Source of the DNA: an uncultured Endomicrobiia bacterium
Lineage (GTDB): Bacteria; Elusimicrobiota; Endomicrobiia; DTEH01
DNA: 64,000 bases
Direction of reading: 5' to 3'
Assembly (NCBI GenBank): GCA_938074745.1
Contig: CALJEJ010000064.1
Coordinates: forward strand, 1,589 to 65,588
Below are positions 61,364 to 64,000 of this stretch, piece by piece; the stretch's first letter is position 1; every line of letters starts with the position of its first letter. The notes below the pieces were generated by a model. That model saw only the letters and a list, made by a program, of their open reading frames with translations, was not told where the DNA came from and made no database searches. The position numbers were made by a program, and so were the translations under genes.

Positions 61364-62265
61364 TTTATTTTTCTCCTAAATCTATATCTAATATAAATTG
61401 CTATAGCATTCATTAGTAATGTCATTATTAATAGTATTACACCTGCTGCAGCAGCATTTATATGGAACTCTTTCTGAGGCCTTGATACCCAGTTAAATAC
61501 CTGTATAGGCATCACTGTAAATGGATCAAATAACCATTTAAATGAGATAAAAGGAAATCTTTTTACAATAGGTGAAGATGGTAAGAAAGTTATGAAAGTT
61601 AAAGCTCCAACAGTGATTACAGGCGCAGTCTCACCAATAGCTCTTGAAAGTCCAATTATTATACCTGTGAGAGTTCCTCCAAGCGAGTATGGAATAATGT
61701 GATTTTTTACTGTTTGCCATTTTGTTGCTCCAAGCGCATATGATGCCTCTCTTATAGAATTTGGTATTGCTCTTATTGATTCCCTTGTTGCTGTTATGAC
61801 TATAGGTAGAATTAAAAGTGCAAGAGCAAGCCCGCCTGTGATTATACTTTCCCCAAATTTGAAGAAATAAACAAACAATCCGAGTGCTAAAAGACCATAA
61901 ATAATGGAAGGTACACCAGCTAAGTTTGCTATATTAATTTCTATTATGTTAGTAAGCCAATTTTTCTTTGCGTATTCTTCAAGATATATGCCTGCCATAA
62001 CTCCGAGTGGCACAGCAACAAAAGCAGTGACAAACATCACCAGTGTTGTTCCTACCAATGCTGAAAGTATACCTGCTTCTTTTGGGAACCTGGATGGGAA
62101 AGAAGTAATAAACTTGTAATTCAATCTTGCTGCACCATCTATGAATAAATCTATGAAAAGAATAACCAGAAGTAAAACTCCAACAAAAGTAGATAAAAGA
62201 CCTACGATCCCAAATAAGTAATCCCAAAACTTGATGATTTTTATTCTTTTTTTAATATCTTCCAT
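61357..62265 (-). CDS. pstA: phosphate ABC transporter permease PstA
   Basis: 6 TM helices; EAAxALGA-type permease motif ([13 protein letters not shown]). Confidence 0.85.
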   Translation of the reverse strand: MEDIKKRIKIIKFWDYLFGIVGLLSTFVGVLLLVILFIDLFIDGAARLNYKFITSFPSRFPKEAGILSALVGTTLVMFVTAFVAVPLGVMAGIYLEEYAKKNWLTNIIEINIANLAGVPSIIYGLLALGLFVYFFKFGESIITGGLALALLILPIVITATRESIRAIPNSIREASYALGATKWQTVKNHIIPYSLGGTLTGIIIGLSRAIGETAPVITVGALTFITFLPSSPIVKRFPFISFKWLFDPFTVMPIQVFNWVSRPQKEFHINAAAAGVILLIMTLLMNAIAIYIRYRFRRKIKW

Positions 62266-63174
62266 TTAATATACCCCTCTTATTATTATTCTTTTTTTCA
62301 ACCAGAATCCTATTATATTGAAAATCAATGTGATTAAGAAGAGTGTAACACCTGCTGCAAATATAGTTTTATATTCCAGGGTCCCATGGGGAACATCTCC
62401 AAGGCTTACCTGAACTATATAAGAGGTAAATGTCTGAACAGGTTCAAGAGGGTTTAATGTAAAATTTGGCATCATTCCGGCAGCTATTGCTACCACCATT
62501 GTTTCACCTATTGCCCTTGATATACCTAGAGTAAATCCTGCCCCAATACCGGAAAAAGCAGCCGGTATTATAACTTTAATTGCTGTCTGAAATCTTGTTG
62601 CTCCCATTGCGTAAGAACCTTCTCTTATATGCATCGGAACAGCCCTCATTGAGTCCTCGCTTACTGAAGTCACATAAGGTATGATCATTATTCCCATTAT
62701 TATACCAGGACTTAATGCATTAAAACTAGAAATCTGTGGTATAAATTTCTGAAGCAAAGGTGTCAGAAAAAGTAATGCAAAATATCCATATACAACCGTT
62801 GGAATAGCTGCCAAAACCTCAAGCACTGGTTTTAAAATCTCTCTTACCCTATGTGTAGCATATTCGCTTAAATATATTGCGGCTATTAATCCTAATGGTA
62901 GTGCAATTGAAATAGCAATACCCGTAGTGAGAAAGGTTCCTGCTATAAGAGGAAGAACACCAAACTTCGGATTAGCAAAAAGCGGAGTCCATTCTTTCCC
63001 AGTGAGAAATTCTATAATAGAAACCTCTTTAAAAAATCCAATGGACTCATAAAATAGAATAAATACAATACTACCTGTAATAATTATTGAAAATATCGCA
63101 CTCAAGAATAGTAACATTTCTATTATATTTTCTTTAATTTTTCCTAATTGGTTTTTCAAGAAAAAAACCTCCAA
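62266..63174 (-). CDS. pstC: phosphate ABC transporter permease PstC
   Basis: Permease motif REGSYAMGATRFQ; operon position. Confidence 0.85.
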   Translation of the reverse strand: MEVFFLKNQLGKIKENIIEMLLFLSAIFSIIITGSIVFILFYESIGFFKEVSIIEFLTGKEWTPLFANPKFGVLPLIAGTFLTTGIAISIALPLGLIAAIYLSEYATHRVREILKPVLEVLAAIPTVVYGYFALLFLTPLLQKFIPQISSFNALSPGIIMGIMIIPYVTSVSEDSMRAVPMHIREGSYAMGATRFQTAIKVIIPAAFSGIGAGFTLGISRAIGETMVVAIAAGMMPNFTLNPLEPVQTFTSYIVQVSLGDVPHGTLEYKTIFAAGVTLFLITLIFNIIGFWLKKRIIIRGVY

Positions 63175-63258
63175 ACTAATAAATTACAACTATAAAGGAT
63201 AAATAATTTTATTAAATCCTTCAGTTTTGTCCCAGTATGATATACTTATAGTATAAGT

Positions 63259-64000
63259 TTATTTCTTTTCTTCTGGTCTGAATAAATCCTCTGCTTTTAT
63301 ACCTGTTTTTGCCTCTCCTGCAAAGACAGTACCGGTTATTCTTTTGTTAAATCTTTTCTCAGCAAGTTTATACGCCTTCTCAGGAAGTGGTATGTATTTT
63401 ACCTCTTTTACTAATCTGCTTGCATTTTTCAAATAAAACTCTACAAATTCTCTTACCTCTGGTCTTTCAGCGGATTTCTTGTTTACATATATAAATAGTG
63501 GTCTTGAGAGTGGTTGATATAACCCTTCCATCACCGTCTTCTCAGAAGGAAGAACCTTAGCACCTGTTTTTGGATTAACGATTGGAACAAGTTTTAGCTT
63601 ATCCTTATTTTCTTCATAATAAGCAAGTCCAAAAAATCCAAGTGCATTAATATCACCAGCTATTCCCATAACAAGAACATTGTCATCTTCACTTGAGGTA
63701 AAATCCCCTCTTGAAGACTTTGCTTTACCAACAATCGCTTCAGTAAAATAATCAAATGTACCGGAATCAACACCTGCTCCATAGAGATTTAAAGGTCTAT
63801 TTGGCCATTTAGGTCTTACCTGATTCCATCTTTTAATCTTTCCTTCTGCTTCAGGCTCCCATATTTTTTTTAATTCATCAACGGTCATATAGTCTACCCA
63901 GTTATTTTTGGGATTAACCATAACCGCAAGACCATCGTAAGCAATCGGAAGTTCAATATATTCTATCCCATTCTTTTCACATTCTTCCATCTCTTTCTTC
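63259..64000 (-). CDS. pstS: phosphate-binding protein PstS (C-terminal part; N-terminus beyond window end)
   Basis: PBP-type fold blocks; operon order pstS-pstC-pstA-pstB-phoU on the minus strand. Confidence 0.8.
   Translation of the reverse strand, partial: KKEMEECEKNGIEYIELPIAYDGLAVMVNPKNNWVDYMTVDELKKIWEPEAEGKIKRWNQVRPKWPNRPLNLYGAGVDSGTFDYFTEAIVGKAKSSRGDFTSSEDDNVLVMGIAGDINALGFFGLAYYEENKDKLKLVPIVNPKTGAKVLPSEKTVMEGLYQPLSRPLFIYVNKKSAERPEVREFVEFYLKNASRLVKEVKYIPLPEKAYKLAEKRFNKRITGTVFAGEAKTGIKAEDLFRPEEKK

Overview
This is a 64-kb AT-rich bacterial chromosomal window, about 85% coding. Nearly all genes lie on the + strand up to about 58.8 kb; the minus-strand exceptions are a tRNA-Glu, nikR, tRNA-Gln and three CDS at about 31.7-37.7 kb, two small genes at about 53.4-54.1 kb, and a partial LarE-like gene at 1-270. 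A minus-strand pstSCAB-phoU operon follows at the right end.

Content is mostly housekeeping:
- proline biosynthesis: proB at the left end and proA about 45 kb away;
- translation and ribosome factors: ychF, rsfS, argS;
- pyrimidine biosynthesis: carA and carB;
- other core genes: panD, nadD, gyrA, an LCP-family protein, a MoxR ATPase, a PAP2 phosphatase, and an ECF sigma / anti-sigma pair;
- a glycogen cluster: GT35 alpha-glucan phosphorylase, a frameshifted two-domain GT2, DUF4912, an outer-membrane barrel and a GH57 branching enzyme;
- a carbamoyltransferase / carbamate kinase / threonine-synthase-like PLP enzyme trio.

The most unusual loci are:
1. A single 589-aa protein that fuses a Cas4/RecB-type PD-(D/E)XK Fe-S nuclease domain to GAF and GGDEF (diguanylate cyclase) domains.
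2. A family of GC-rich, hairpin-dense, modular intergenic repeats. Modules A-F occur in a conserved order in four copies (22.6, 22.7, 28.0 and 32.7 kb). They include a perfect 32-bp palindrome and a hairpin+AAGGGGTGTGT unit (F). F flanks a DUF559 endonuclease gene in inverted orientation and forms a spacer-less tandem array downstream of it.
3. A T9SS-type giant FN3-repeat cargo protein followed by a PorP/SprF-like barrel fused to LysM.
4. A translationally coupled lipoprotein + 706-aa GCKR/MurQ-like SIS protein block, with an embedded tRNA-Glu, bracketed by direct copies of the repeat.
5. A junk region between gyrA and the pst operon holding a MITE-like inverted repeat and an IS5/IS1182-family transposase remnant.

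No CRISPR array or rRNA was seen.
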